NCBI RefSeq assembly: GCF_009914755.1
Contig: NC_060940.1
Length of the DNA: 64,000 nucleotides
Reading direction: 5' to 3' (one strand)
Source of the DNA: the human T2T-CHM13v2.0 reference genome, Homo sapiens
Shown here: positions 48,718 through 64,000 of the stretch, piece after piece
Layout: each line of letters opens with the position of its first letter
Position numbering within the stretch: position 1 is the stretch's first letter
Program-made: the position numbers and the translations under genes
The notes under the pieces: model-generated
The model's input: the letters and a program-made list of their open reading frames with translations, nothing else
Databases searched by the model: none
What the model was told of the DNA's origin: nothing

Positions 48718-49038
48718 CAGGTTGAGCATCCCTACATCCGAAATGCTCCAAACTCTAAAGCTTTTTGAGTGCCAGCACGATGCCATAAGTGAAAAATTCC
48801 ATAGGTGACCTCCTATGATGGATCATATGTGTGTCATGCACAAAATTATTTAAAATATTCTTTAAAATTAGCTTCAGGCTATGTGTATAAAGTATATATG
48901 AGACATAAATATATTTCATGTTTAGACTTGGGTCCCATCCCCACGATATCTCATTATATATATGCAAATATTCCAAAATAAAAAAAAATCTGAAACCCTT
49001 CTGGTCCCAAGCATTTCCAATTAGAAATACTCCACCTG
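48718..49038 (+). mobile_element. Tigger4-type (Zombi) MITE
   Basis: TA-CAGGTTGAGCATCCCT...ATACTCCACCTG-TA terminal inverted repeats. Confidence 0.8.
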
Positions 49039-49147
49039 TACCTCTTTAACTGTGGGCATGTTAGAACAGGGCACCTTGTTCATCTCCACATCTTCTATCC
49101 AACCCTTCTCAAATGGTTTTAGTGAGAGAATAAACCCCTATACCCCT

Positions 49148-49730
49148 TATAAGAGTTAGAGAAAGAGGAAAGAAACACGAAAAGCAGCTTAACAGTTAAA
49201 AACAGGTTTATTCTCCAAGATAAACGGGGCTTCTGTCCAATTTTGGTCAGGAACATTCCCTTTTACAGACTAAGGATATTTAAGGGTTTAGGAAGTGGGG
49301 AGCTTGTCGTAGGTTCAGAATGTTTCTATGTGAGGGAAAGTTTATTACAGCGTTGGAATGTCACTGGTCAGAGGGGAGGCTGTCTTGGGGTTGGCATATT
49401 TCTGGTTGGAGGAGGGTTTATCTTAGGGCTGGAATGTTTCTGGTTATGCTGACATTAGCCATTAGGCTGATGTTTTGGAGCTAGATTTAGGCTTTTTTTT
49501 TTTTTTTTTAGTCAAGAGAAACTTAAAATGGCAGAGTTTGTCCAAAATGGCGACGCCCCTGCTCTGTCAATCCAGTCCCTATAGTTATAAAAAGGATGAG
49601 GGGTAGTGTGTTCTTTCTGGCTAGTTCCTGCTGAGGGGGGCGTGAAGAGTTCTTTGGTTTTGGAGAGTAAACCTGTCTTTGACTGTTAAGTCACTTTTCA
49701 TGTTTCTCTCCTCTTACTTTAACTCTTACA
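49148..49730 (-). mobile_element. ERV1 LTR (LTR15-like, 49569-49148) with ~90 bp of adjacent probable internal sequence and an inverted extra copy of its U5 end (49660-49730)
   Basis: Minus strand begins TGACAGAGCAGGGGCGTCGCCATTTTGGACAA; 71-bp inverted repeats at both ends of the unit. Confidence 0.7.
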
Positions 49731-50069
49731 TCCCAAAGTATGAAATGAATTAACTTCTTCTCTATGTATCTAAGGTATCATCACTGTGCCATCTTTGGGA
49801 AGAATGAGAAAATAGCCACTGCAATAATTTTCTGGAGGGCGATTTTTTCCTGTGGGACACTGATGGAGAAAGACCACAGCCCATTGACTAGAAAAAGGCC
49901 TGGAATGGAGTTCACGCCCTCAGAGCTCGTGCAGGAGCCATCTATGAACTACAAGCATATTGACTCCGTATCCTCACATGAGCCCTGGGAGGCAGACACT
50001 GTTAATATCCTCATTTTATGGATGAGGAAACTATTGCCCTGTTAAAGCTTAATCAGCTTTATTATTTGC

Positions 50070-51620
<1,551 letters not shown>

Positions 51621-53306
51621 TACCCTTTGAGCATTAAGTCAGGGATGTCCTTAATGAACATGCAGCATTGCTAAGATTCCAGACTAAATGGCTCAAATAC
51701 ATATTGGATTATTCTTCTGAGCTTACTGTTTATTTAGCCAAAAGTTATTAAGAATAAAGTATACTGGGGGGAAGAAAAGGAAGGAAGGAAATTATCTTTA
51801 ATTCTCCCACACTAACATACATCTTAATTTTTGTCTTTAGTTCTTATTCAAATATATAAATATTTTTACATGATTATAATTTTTTATAGTCTTTGGTGCC
51901 CATTTTTTAACACTTGGCATCATATTACAAAGCATCAACCACATTTCCAGACAATCCTCATGATCATTTTATTTTATTTTTATTGGGATGGAGTCTCACT
52001 CTGTCACCCAGGCTGGAGTGCAATCTCATTGCAACCTCCGCCTCCTGGATTCAAATGATTCTCCTGCCTCAGCCTCATAAGTAGCTGGGATTACAGGAAT
52101 GCACTACCAGCATGGCTGGCTAATTTTTGTATTTTTTTAGTAGAGATGGGGTTTCGCCATGTTGGCCAAGCTGGTCTGGAGCTCCTGACCTTAAGTGATC
52201 TGCCTGTCCTCAGCCTCCCAAAGTGCTGGGATTACAGGCTTGAGCCACCATGCCCAGCAGCACCATCATTTTAACATACTAGAGATCTTCATTATCGTAA
52301 AATTACTTGTTCTCTTAAAGTAAGGCCTTACACCCTACTAAAATGTGATCAAAATTTTATTATGAATAGATGAAAAGCTGTAGCTATAAATTATGAGAGT
52401 AAGTTTATTTTATATTTATCCAAATGTAGTTCATAATAGCAACTTCACTAAATCTTAGAATAAAAAATGAATAAAATGTTAATTTTTTGGAGGAAATGGT
52501 TAATTTTTTCTACAAAATTGTGTGACAGCTTTACAGACCTTACTCTTCACAATTGACTTGAACATTAACATCACAAAGAGGGTCCTGTTTACAAAAGAAT
52601 AGTCAAGAACTTCATGAATTTTTGACAGTGACTCTTTTCTAACCCTTTAATCCAAATATATTTAAGTGTCCATCGTCGTCCTTTATCCAACTCATTTGTT
52701 AACTAGTTTTCTTCTGTGAGTTCCTTTGCCTATAATTGAAGCAGTTCTCTGAAATCACCCAAACTGATTTTATGAAAGCCCATGCTTTTGGAAAGATTTG
52801 CACTTCGGCTTTGCAATCTATTTACATTGACTGTACTTGCATTGTATTGCTAGATGTTGACTATCAGTTAGGACAATCAAAAAGATATTGATAATGGGCA
52901 GGGATAAATCAGAAGTTACTGTCAATAACAAAGTTATGTTTTATGGGTATTTTATAGGTGATAAATTCATTACTGAGCAATTTCATATCATGTTTTAATT
53001 CTCCTGGTTGTAATATGGTGACTCTGGAGACTCAAATATTAAATATTGGTGTAAAGACAACCTCTTGTCATTCAATCTTGTCTACAGTTTGAACACAGGA
53101 AGAGTCTTTTTACATGTATAATGATAGTCCCAATAGTAATAATGACAATGGTTACTTTCTGCTTAGTGTTCTATTCTGTGCCAAGCATTGGATAATATTG
53201 ATGAAAAGGTTAACTATTGTAATGTAGTGTAAGGGCTTAGGTATTAAAATGAATACAATGAATCAATACATAGTGCAGGAAAAGGTATTTGGGAAAATAG
53301 ACATAA

Positions 53307-54202
53307 TGTAGTTGGACAACTTAGCTTCAAAATGCATTAAACATTTTTATTTTTCCTTTCTCTTGGATTTCAAGATATAAGCTTGAGGCAAACTGCAGAA
53401 GCCTTTCCTTATCTTTTTTTTTTTTTTTTTTGAGACGGAGTATTGCTCATCGCCCAGGCTGGAGGGCAGTGGCATGATCTTGGCTCACTGCAAGCTCCGC
53501 CTCCCAGAAGTCACGCCATTCTCCTGCCTCAGCCTCCCGAGTAGCTGGGACTACAGGCGCCCGCCACCACGCCCGGCTAATTTTTTGTATTTTTAGTAGA
53601 GAGGGGGATTCACTGTGTTAGCCAGGATGATTTCGATCTCCTGACCTCGTGATCCGCCCGCCTCGGCCTCCCAAAGTGCTGGGATTACAGGCGTGAGTCA
53701 CCGCGCCCAGCCTTTCCTTATCCTTGAAATAGACTCCACGGACCTCCCATTCTCACTCTCTTCACATTTATCTAACTGTATGCTAGTATCTAATTATGTG
53801 TCTTCTTAGAAGTTCTAGGAGCTAATCTTGAAACAGACCAAGCCTGGAGACCCAGTTGCACAGTTCCAGAGATGGCTTCAAGGTGGCGAATTAACAACCC
53901 GGCCATTGTTGAGATGACGTCAGCCTGATGTCCAGGTGGACTGGGACCCAAGGTGGCCACCAGAACAAGACACGAGGACATTGTACTCAGCCCAATTCTT
54001 GCATGCCTTCCTTATCAAGTTTTCCCTTTTTAAAACCCATGCCTTCCCACTCAACCACAACTGAAGCAGTTACTTTGGATAGGAGTCCAGCTGCTTCCCC
54101 TTCAATAGTTTTGGTTATTAAAGTCACTTTCTTTCTACCAGAGCTTGCTCTTGTTAATTGAACTCTGCAAATGGCGAGCACCTGGACCTGCATTCTGCTA
54201 CA
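53307..54202 (+). mobile_element. Solo ERV1-class LTR (MER66-like) containing an AluY
   Basis: TG...CA termini with 4-bp TSD ATAA (53303-53306 / 54203-54206); ATTAAA near the 3' end. Confidence 0.75.
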
Positions 54203-54221
54203 ATAATATGGAGGAGACTTC

Positions 54222-54676
54222 CGTTAGATAAAAATTATAGGAGACCATTGTTTTGGACTAAGCTCCTGCACAAGGCCCCAACGGAACTGATTAAAAATCA
54301 AAATGGAGTCACGCATGTTAAAGTTTCGTGTCACCAAACCTAAACTAAGTTTTTGTCTGACCTTTCTAGAAATCAGGAGAAGGAAAAATAGCCAATTGCC
54401 CAAACAGGCCCGTTTAAATCTTTAATTTTTCTATTGTTCTGTCTTCTTGTACGTGGTTTTCAAGAAAAAGTAACTTTGAAAAGTAATGAATGCACTCTGT
54501 ACACACTCTGTTCTTGGTTTCTGTTTTCTGCACCGTTACTGTGTCTTACAAGGCCAGCCTCCTCTGCTTGGCTCACTGGAACACTAATTCTGTTTTATGG
54601 AACGAACTATTGCCCTATCCTAGAATCATCAAGTCAGTTGAGATCTTTAAATTTGTTGTAATTTTGGTTTTTGACA
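54222..54676 (+). mobile_element. ERV1 (MER4-group) solo LTR
   Basis: GGAGACCATTGTTTTGGACTAAGCTCCTGCAC...CAAAATGGAGTCAC motif and TTTTGACA end. Confidence 0.6.
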
Positions 54677-55620
54677 ATTCAAGTTGTTTAAATCTCGAGA
54701 AAAGAAGATTAAGATGAACGAAGAATACAGTTCAAAATCATCCAACAACAGCAGAGGGTTCAACTGAGATAAACTGCCTTGTATAGGGGGCCCATCCTCA
54801 TCTTCCTACTATATGAATGAAAAGTCCATCTACGCCAGGGGCAGTGACTCACTACTGTAATCCTAGCACTTTGGGAGGCCGAGGTGGGCAGATCACTTCA
54901 GGTCAGGAGTTCGAGACCAGCCCGGCCAACATGATGAAGCCCTGTCTCTACTAAAAATACAAAAATTAGCCAGACATGGTGGTGCATTCCTGTAATCTCA
55001 GCTACTTGGTAGCCTGAGGCAGAAGATACCGCTTGAACCTGATAGGCGGAGGTTGCAGTGAGCCCAGATCACACCACTGCACTCCAGCCTGGGCAACAAA
55101 GTGAGACTTTGTTTTAAAAAAAAAAAAAGAGAAGAAAATTGTCCACCTGCAAATGAGGCAGCAGAACTACCGATGGAGCAATACATGGTCTTGTTAGCTT
55201 TGCCTGAGGAGCCAAGAGGGATTTGGGCTGGGGGGAGATTTATTCAAGAAAAAATGAGGAAGTCACTGCTGTAATTAAAACTGGTTGCAGCCAGGCATGG
55301 TGGTTCACACATGTAATCCCAGTAACTTGGGAGGATTGCTTGAGGCCCAGAGTTCCAGACCAGCCTGGAACTCCAGACCCTGTCTCTAAAAAAAAAATTA
55401 ATTAGGTGGGCATGGTGGTTCGTGCCTGTAATCCCAGTTACTCCAGAAATGGAAGGATCACTTAAGTTCCAGAAGTCGAGGCTGCAGAGAGCTGTAGCTG
55501 TGATTATGCCACTGCACTCCAGCACTCCAAACTGGATGACGGAGCCAAACCTGGTCTCTTAAAAATACAAAACAAGACAAAAAAACAAAAGCTGGTTGCA
55601 TCAAGCTTCCCAGGAAGCTA

Positions 55621-55977
<357 letters not shown>

Positions 55978-56631
55978 TCAAAATAAGATAAAATAAAATA
56001 GTTTTTCTCACCAGTTCTACCTAGAGTCAGAGCCGCATAGAAGGAACCCTAGAACTGGGAACTGGGACAAGGCAGTCATTTTCTTGCCCTGTGGGTTTTG
56101 ATGAATAGACCTGTTTTGCTGGCAGTTGTGGCCATTTGCTGCCTTGATTGCTTTTGTGGCCTTTGGTGCCCCAGGTAGTGCAAAGCCTACCTGAAGGAGT
56201 TAGGAGAAGTAGAATGAATATCACCCCCAGGAAACCGCGGTGTACTTTACATATGCAATTTAAATTACCCTACTTAGCAGGTGGTAGTATTCTACACCTG
56301 AAGACACTAAGGCGGTGAAAGGTTAAATTGCCTACAGCCATGCTGCTGATTAAATGTTGACTCAGGGATATAACCCAGGTAGGCTAACCTTGAAAGCAGT
56401 GCTTCGTGAAAAAGGCTGAACTGTCTACTGCTAACTGTGACTCAGGGGCACCCGTTAAGATAAGTTGGGAAAGTTGCCCTTTCCACTAAGCATATATATG
56501 TTTTTTTTTTTTTAAAAGTCACATTGAAACAGCAGGAGTTATAGGAAAATAAAAACAAATTATTGCAAAGTAATTTTTTTCAACCAAAATGAATCCACAT
56601 TTCTCTTTTTATGCCGGAATAACTCACTCGG

Positions 56632-56695
56632 TCTCTCTCTAAATCTCTCTCTCTCTCTCTCTCTCTTTGCGTGTGTGTTTGCGTGTGTGTGTATG
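56632..56695. repeat. Compound (CT)n(GT)n microsatellite
   Basis: Direct reading of sequence. Confidence 0.9.
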
Positions 56696-57009
56696 TTTAA
56701 CAGGGATCATCAAAGCAGTTGAGTTCCCCTCTGCACTGGTCATTGATCCGCCAGTTCAAGGAGGGATGCCTGAGTTAACACCATTATAGCTGAAGTGGGG
56801 ACATCCATTGCCCTGTGCTTCTCAAATAAGTGATTCTCAGAAACCAGATAAAGGAAAAATAAAAACTGGAAAAGCAGACCACTTGAAATGTGTGTGAGAA
56901 TAAAGTGAAGAACCATTCACTCATTCATTCATGTGTTCTTGCAGCAAACAACAGGACATCAGTGAGTAGGGCCTTCCTGAACCACCTGCTCTAAAAAGCC
57001 TCTCCAAGG

Positions 57010-57325
57010 ATAATTACCAGAGGCTAAGAAGAGGACTCGGGGGCTAGGATGAAGGTGGTGATGGTTAATGGGTATGAAAAAAAAATAAAACAAATAAGAC
57101 TGACCATTTGATAGCACAACAAGGCAATGATAGTCAATAGTAACTGTACATTTTAAAACAACTCAAAGAATTTAACTGGCTTGTGTGTAACTCAAAGGAT
57201 AAATGCTTGAGCGAATGGATACTCCATTGTCTATGATGCACTTATTTCACACTGCATGCCTGTACCAAAACATCTCATAAATACATACACCTACTATGTA
57301 CCCATGAAAATTAAAAATAGAAAAA
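57010..57325 (+). mobile_element. L1MA 3'-end fragment
   Basis: GATGGTTAATGGGTA...CAAAGGATAAATGCTTGAG...CACCTACTATGTACCCA followed by A-rich tail. Confidence 0.8.
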
Positions 57326-57660
57326 GAGGTCATAAATAAAACCACTGCTTTGGATAATTAAAAAAAATAAAGTCCTCAGGTTGTTCTCCACCTCTGAACC
57401 CTGTTCATTTCTTCATATCACATTTCACAATCTGGTGATGTGTTTGTCTATCTGATGAATTATCTGTCTACTTCTCTGGGCTGCAAACTCCAAAATCATA
57501 GGGATTGTGTATGTTTGGTTCAGTGTCCATTTTTAGGACTGAACAGTGTCTGGAACTTCATAAGCATGGTACTCAGCTAATACTAGCTGATGAGTAAATG
57601 AGAAAGGCAGTGGATGGCCTCTGAAGACAGAGAGGTGAAAACCTTTTTCCTGCATGTTGT

Positions 57661-57697
57661 GATTCTCTAATGAGATTCTCTAATGTGATTCTCTAAT
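57661..57697. repeat. Short tandem repeat, three copies of GATTCTCTAAT (13-bp period)
   Basis: GATTCTCTAATGA-GATTCTCTAATGT-GATTCTCTAAT. Confidence 0.85.
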
Positions 57698-58969
57698 TCG
57701 GATGTTGCTAGGATCTAGCAGCCTATTATTTCAAGGAAGATTCTTACTAAGGAGATGCTTAATTTAAAAATCTTTATTTCCCCCTGGTGAACAGTCTACC
57801 ATTCAGGACTTCAGGGCTAGGGCAAGCTGGCTTTGGCCTACTACTTGGGGACCTGTCTGAGATAAATATGTCTCAGATTCTTGGCTAGAGGTGGTAGGAA
57901 AGGAGGTAGGATTTGGATTGAGTGTCCAAGACTTTCTGGGAATTTGGGGTCAGACTCACAGGGACAAATTGGTGTATAAAAAGGCAGAGTTTCTGGAATG
58001 GGCTTCAGCAGGTCTTGAGTGAGGTCCCCAAAATTGCACTGTTTTTTTAAGAGAGAGTATTCACTCTCTTGTCTAGGCTGGAGTGCAGTGGTATAATCAT
58101 AGCTAACTGCAGCCTCGAACTCCTGGGCTCATGCCATCCCCCTGCCTCAGTCTCCCAAGTAGCTAGGACTATAGGCACATGCTACCACACCCAGCTAATT
58201 GTCTTGTTTTTAAAGTAGAGACAAGGTCTCACTTTGTTGCCTAGGCTGGTCTTGAACTCCTGGCCTCAAATGATCTTCCCATCTTGGCCCCCCAAAGTGC
58301 TGGGATTACAGGTGTGAGCCACTGTGCCTGGCCCAGAATTGCATTTCTAACAAGCTCCAGGGTGATGCTGATGTTGTGGGGTCAGGAGACTGTGCTTTGA
58401 AAACCACTGATGCAGTCAGAAGATCTCAGCTTGGTTCTTGCTTCTTGGGAGTTCATCGTCCTTACAGGGTTGCTGGAAGTCTAAAGGGACCAGTACAGTG
58501 TTATCTGATTTAATAACCTAACACCTCACCTGAAGCAGGAGAAGGGGCTTTTTCAAGATTCACGATTTGTATTAATCAGAGCAAGATAATGACTGTAAAA
58601 CCAGAAGGAGAAAGAATGTGCTACTCGCAGTTCAAGAGTCAATCTTTTGTTTGTTTATGTGACAAATCATCTTCAAGCTCACCTTTCTCCAGGGTCTACT
58701 CGAATATCACCTTCCCATCGAAGCCTTCCCTTGCCCCCTGTATTTACATTTAGAAGCCTGTCTCTTAAACTCCCTACCTCCCCTTCTTTCCTTATTGTTT
58801 TCCATAGAACTCATTTCCCAACACAGTGTAGACTTCTCGTGTTTATTGTGCCTGCTTTCTGAATCACCCACTAATGTTTCAGCTCTATAAGGTCAGGGAT
58901 TTGTATTCATATCGTTCACTGTGGTCATCTCAGCACTTAGAATGGTGTGTGGCACATAGTAGGTGCTTA

Positions 58970-59405
58970 CAGTGAGTTGAATGGTGGCCCCCCCCAAAAT
59001 GCATGTCCACATCCTAAGCCCTAGAACCTGTGAATGTGATCTTACTTGGGGGAAAAAAAAGGTCTTTGAAGATATAATTATGTTAAGAATCTTAGATGAT
59101 ATCACCCTGGATTACCTGAGTAGGCCTTCAATCTAATGACAAGTATCTTTTTAAGCAACAGAAAGGAAAAGCCATTGAAGATGGAAGCAGAGATTGGGGT
59201 GATGCGGCAATGAGCCTGGGAGCCACCAGAGGCTGTAAGAGGCAAGGAAAGATTACCTTCTAGAGCCTTCAGAGGGAGCAGAGTGTGGCCTTGTTGATAC
59301 CTTAACTTCCGACTGACTTTTGACTTTCAGAACTATGAGAAAATAAATTAGTTGTAAGCTGCCCAATTTGTGACACTTTGTGAGGCTAACTCAAGGACAC
59401 TAATA
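58970..59405 (+). mobile_element. MLT1C/D-type MaLR LTR
   Basis: GAATGGTGGCCCCCCCAAAATGCATGTCCACATCCTAA...AGAACCTGTGAATGTGA...AGAGCCTTCAGAGGGAGC. Confidence 0.8.
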
Positions 59406-60221
59406 TGTTCAATAATTTGGTAGTATGAATGAATGAGTAAATGAACGAGCTCCCAGCGTGTGGCAGGCACTGCACTGGGTACTGAAGACATAATGACAAA
59501 CAAGACAGACGAGCAGTGTCATGTTGGAGATTCAATTCTAGAGGGGAAGACAGACAATAAAACTGCAAATGATGAATAAGATGTTAGTGATATTTCTCAT
59601 AGTGGTTTCCTATGAAAGAAATAAATAGGGTGACAAAGGTATTTGAAATGGTGAGAGGGCTGGGGAGCTGGTGATTGGTGCTGTTTCCTGAATAGTTCCA
59701 ACTGCCTGCCTTCTGGTCCCTTCATAGGATTGTGCTTCCTTGGCCCCTTGTGGTTGGGTAGGGCTATGAAACTTGCTCTCACCAATGCTTTGTGAATAGA
59801 AGCGACAGGTCATTTAATCACCATTGTGAGACCCTCCAGAGCTCTCTTTCTTTATGCCATGGCAATTAGCAACCAGCATCACTTGAAAGAGCAGCCGTTC
59901 CACCATGCTGGGTTCCAGAGGCAGTAAATGTGGGCCAACGCTCCCAGACAACACCCAATATTCATGCATGGGATTCATGCATTTTGGGACAGAATCAACA
60001 GGGTCAAGCTTGGCTGCTGGGTGTGTAGCTTTTGGAGCTCGGAGTATGGTGGTGCCATTTCCCAACAGGGAAGTCTGGAGAAGACTGGCCTCTCACGGGC
60101 TGCCACACTGCATAGTGCTGGAGGGGCAGCCTTACCCCAGAGGCAGGGCAGGCAGGGATGTGACATTGAAGAGGACACTAACTGGTCCAATGGTTACCTT
60201 GATCTGCTGACCATTGCCTCA

Positions 60222-60564
<343 letters not shown>

Positions 60565-60604
60565 CTAAGGTTTTCACATTTATTAATGCCCTAACTTTCC
60601 TTAA

Positions 60605-60751
<147 letters not shown>

Positions 60752-60909
60752 TAGACTACATGTGGGAACCGCCATGCCTGAATAATTTTTATAATTTTTG
60801 TAGAGATGGGTATTTGTCATGTTGCCCAGGCTGATCTCAAACTCTCAGACTCAAGCGATCCACCCACCTTTGCCTCCCAAGTGCTAGATTACAGGCATGA
60901 TAGATATGA

Positions 60910-61228
<319 letters not shown>

Positions 61229-63223
61229 TAGTTCTTTCAAATGGCTCAATATATTATACTTATTGTATTATTGTTATATTCTAGTACTATATATTACATA
61301 TTTCTCTCTTCTTGCCTATTGAATATAAATATTCCAGTTGCTCTATAAAAAGATTTTTAAAACCATCAAGGCAGCCTGTGAATTCCTTGTATTTGTGATC
61401 AGGTAAAATAATGCCAGTATACCACTACCAGTGCCTGGCACTGAAACACAAAATAAACACTATGTACGTAATGTTACTTGCTGCTATTATTGTTGTTATA
61501 TGGTAAATATTTTGACTTGGTATCTTGTAATGTTCACCTTCTTTTGGTTTTTATATTAGTCACTAAATCTGTGTAATCTGACTTCTTTTAAATTTCTGAA
61601 AATGAGGGCATTAATATTTGAATTACAGTGAAAGTAACTATGAGGCCCTTTTTTTTTATTTTTTGTCTGCAGTGAATTACTGACTTCAGTGGATTTAATC
61701 AGCACTCCATTGCCATCTGAATGACCCTGAAAAATAGGAATGTTTTTAAGGCAAATTGCACTTTTCTTCCATGGCTACACACAGTATTTGGATGCCAATA
61801 TTTCTTCTAATGAGTTTCTGCATGTTACTAGCCTATTGATGCACAGTGAGGGTGGATGGCAGGCATTCTTGGGTGCTTATAAAACTCCTCTTCTCACCCC
61901 AGCATCAGCAAACACACAGGCACACGCATGCACACACACCCAGCATCTTTTGTGCCAATGCAGTCATGACTGCATTCATGGGCCAGGGAAGCGGTAAAAC
62001 TGGGCTCCTTCCTGGACTCAATACTGAGTCTGGTTTAGTCTAAAGTGATCATCAGAATGCCATCGCCCTTGCCAATGATCAAGGATGAGTGTGTTGCAAA
62101 ATTCTGGCCAATGAAGGGTGTACAGGGAGATTTCTTTCATTCTTGAACAAGGGCACAAGGAAGGAATGTTTTTCTGCTCCTGGATATAATCTTCTCACCT
62201 TGGAATTAAGGTCAGTATATTAGGAACCATGAGTGGAGCCAGCTGATGCCCTGAAGAGAATAGCAGAATGAAAAGATTAAAAGAGCCTGGATTAGCCAGG
62301 CATGGTGCTGCATGCCTGTAGTCTCAGCTACTTGGGAGGCTGAGGCAGGAGGATCACTTGAGCCCAGGAGTTTGAGGTTGCAGTGAACAGTCATCATGGC
62401 ATGGCAGTCCAGCCTGAATGACAGAGCAAGGCCCTGTGTAGAAAAAAAAAAAAAAGAAAAGAGCCTGGGTTCTGGAATTAACCAGCCCTGAAACCACTCT
62501 AAGTCAGGAGTTCTGATTATAAGAAATACTTTTGTCTTAACTGTATAAGCCACTTATAGTTGCAGCTTGCTAACCAGCATCTCCGAGCAGAACATGCCAG
62601 GTGATAGAGTATCTGCATCATTTCAAACTTCTCTTCAGAAAGCTGTCATTCACTCAGCAAATATTCACTAAGCACCTATTATTTGCCAGGCAATTTACTA
62701 GGTACTGGGGATTACAGTGATGACTAAGACATGGTCCCTGTCTAAAGTCACTAACATTCTGTTGGGTGAAACAGACATTAAATGACTAACGCACTTAAAA
62801 TATTTTTTTTCAACTAAAATAAAGATAAATGCTATAAGGAGACATATAGGGTAATAAATAAACCATAGCAAAGGTTCTGGAGGGCCTGTGAAGGCTTCCA
62901 GGGGAAGCTGTATTTGTGCTGAGCCTTGACTAGGCTCAGGTCTTGACTAGGGCCAGGAGGAATGGGTTGCCTTGAATGAATTGGACTAATGGTGAATTAA
63001 TTCCTATGTCAGGGCACACATTAGTCCATTCTCATACTGCTATAAAGAAATACCTGAGACTGGGTAATTTATAAAGCAAAGAAGTTTCACTGGATCATAG
63101 TTGCACAAGTTCCGTACATCATGTCCATTTTCTAGTAAAGAGGAAAGGTGGGGTGAGACAGGTATGTACTTCACTTTGAAGACACTTCTCTTAGCCGGGC
63201 ATGGTGTCTCATGCCTGTAGTCC

Positions 63224-63711
63224 TAAGGCATGAGGTGGCACTCAACTCTAGAGGTGGGCTCGAACACTGGACCAAATTGAGGACTAGCTAAATCAGGGAG
63301 GGGGTAGAAGCAGCTTTCCATAAGACATGCCCACCAGTGTGCCATGTCAGTTTACCATTGCCATGGCAATGCCTGTGAGTTTCCCTTTCCATGGCAACAA
63401 CCCAATGACCCAGAAGTTACTACCCTTTCCCTAGAAATTTCTGCATAAACTGCTTCTTAATCTGCATGCAATTAAAAGTAGGTAAAAATATGAATGCAGA
63501 ACTGCCCTGAGCTGCTACTTTCTGCCTATGGCATAGTCCTGCTCTGCAGGGGCAGTCACAGAGCTGCAACACTGCCGGAGCTATAACACTGCTGCTTCAG
63601 TAAACTGTTTTCTTCTACTCTACTAACAGCTTACCCATAAATTCTTTCTTGGGTGAAGCCAAGAACTCTTGCAGGCTAAGCCCCAATTTGGGGCTCACCT
63701 GTCTTCCATCA
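63224..63711 (+). mobile_element. Solo ERV1 LTR (MER50/MER41-family) inserted into an Alu right monomer (63190-63835)
   Basis: CCATTGCCATGGCAA repeats, end GGCTAAGCCCCAATTTGGGGCTCACCTGTCTTCCATCA; 4-bp TSD GTCC splits the Alu sequence TGTAGTCC|CAGCTACT. Confidence 0.8.
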
Positions 63712-64000
63712 GTCCCAGCTACTTGGGAGGATGAGGCAGAAAGATCACTTGAAGCCAGGAGTTCGAGGCTGTAGTGAGCTATGATTGCACCACTGCCCTC
63801 CAGCCTGGCCAACAGAGGGAGACCCTGTCTCAAAAAAGAGTAGACCCTTCTCTTCTAGGTTTTTATAATCACATGTCTTTTATTCAAGATATTAATCTCT
63901 ATTAGGGATAGAGGTTATCTAGGTTTAGTAAGCTATTTTAATATCTAGTTTTATGGCTAACCAGATCCTAATTAATTTACCTTTATTAAACAAATGCTAG

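Overview
Primate (human or great-ape) genomic DNA, heavily repeat-laden, containing the complete three-exon CLEC3A gene (+ strand; CDS 6603-6717, 12083-12166, 14425-14819; 197 aa). From memory this is the interval between VAT1L and WWOX on human 16q23. Downstream of CLEC3A lie an orphan CpG-rich island (~29.65-30.23 kb), a full-length processed KRT8 pseudogene (- strand), an old processed LRRC59 pseudogene split by an Alu (- strand) and a 5'-half HERV-E provirus (LTR2-family LTR, tRNA-Glu PBS, truncated gag; - strand) inserted into an Alu. The rest is several solo ERV1 LTRs, MaLR/MLT1, Tigger/MER20 DNA transposons, L1/L2/MIR fragments and about 40 Alus. Most ORFs in the supplied track are Alu or antisense artefacts. 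I found no provable new biological system. The best leads are: unidentified splice-site-bounded open frames on the - strand (909-1153 and 29702-30103) that could be remnants of a lost gene overlapping CLEC3A; an LTR fragment with an inverted duplicated U5 end; a 277-aa uninterrupted HERV-E gag ORF; and cryptic cassette exons in CLEC3A intron 2. Repeat subfamily names come from recalled consensus sequences and repeat boundaries are approximate.
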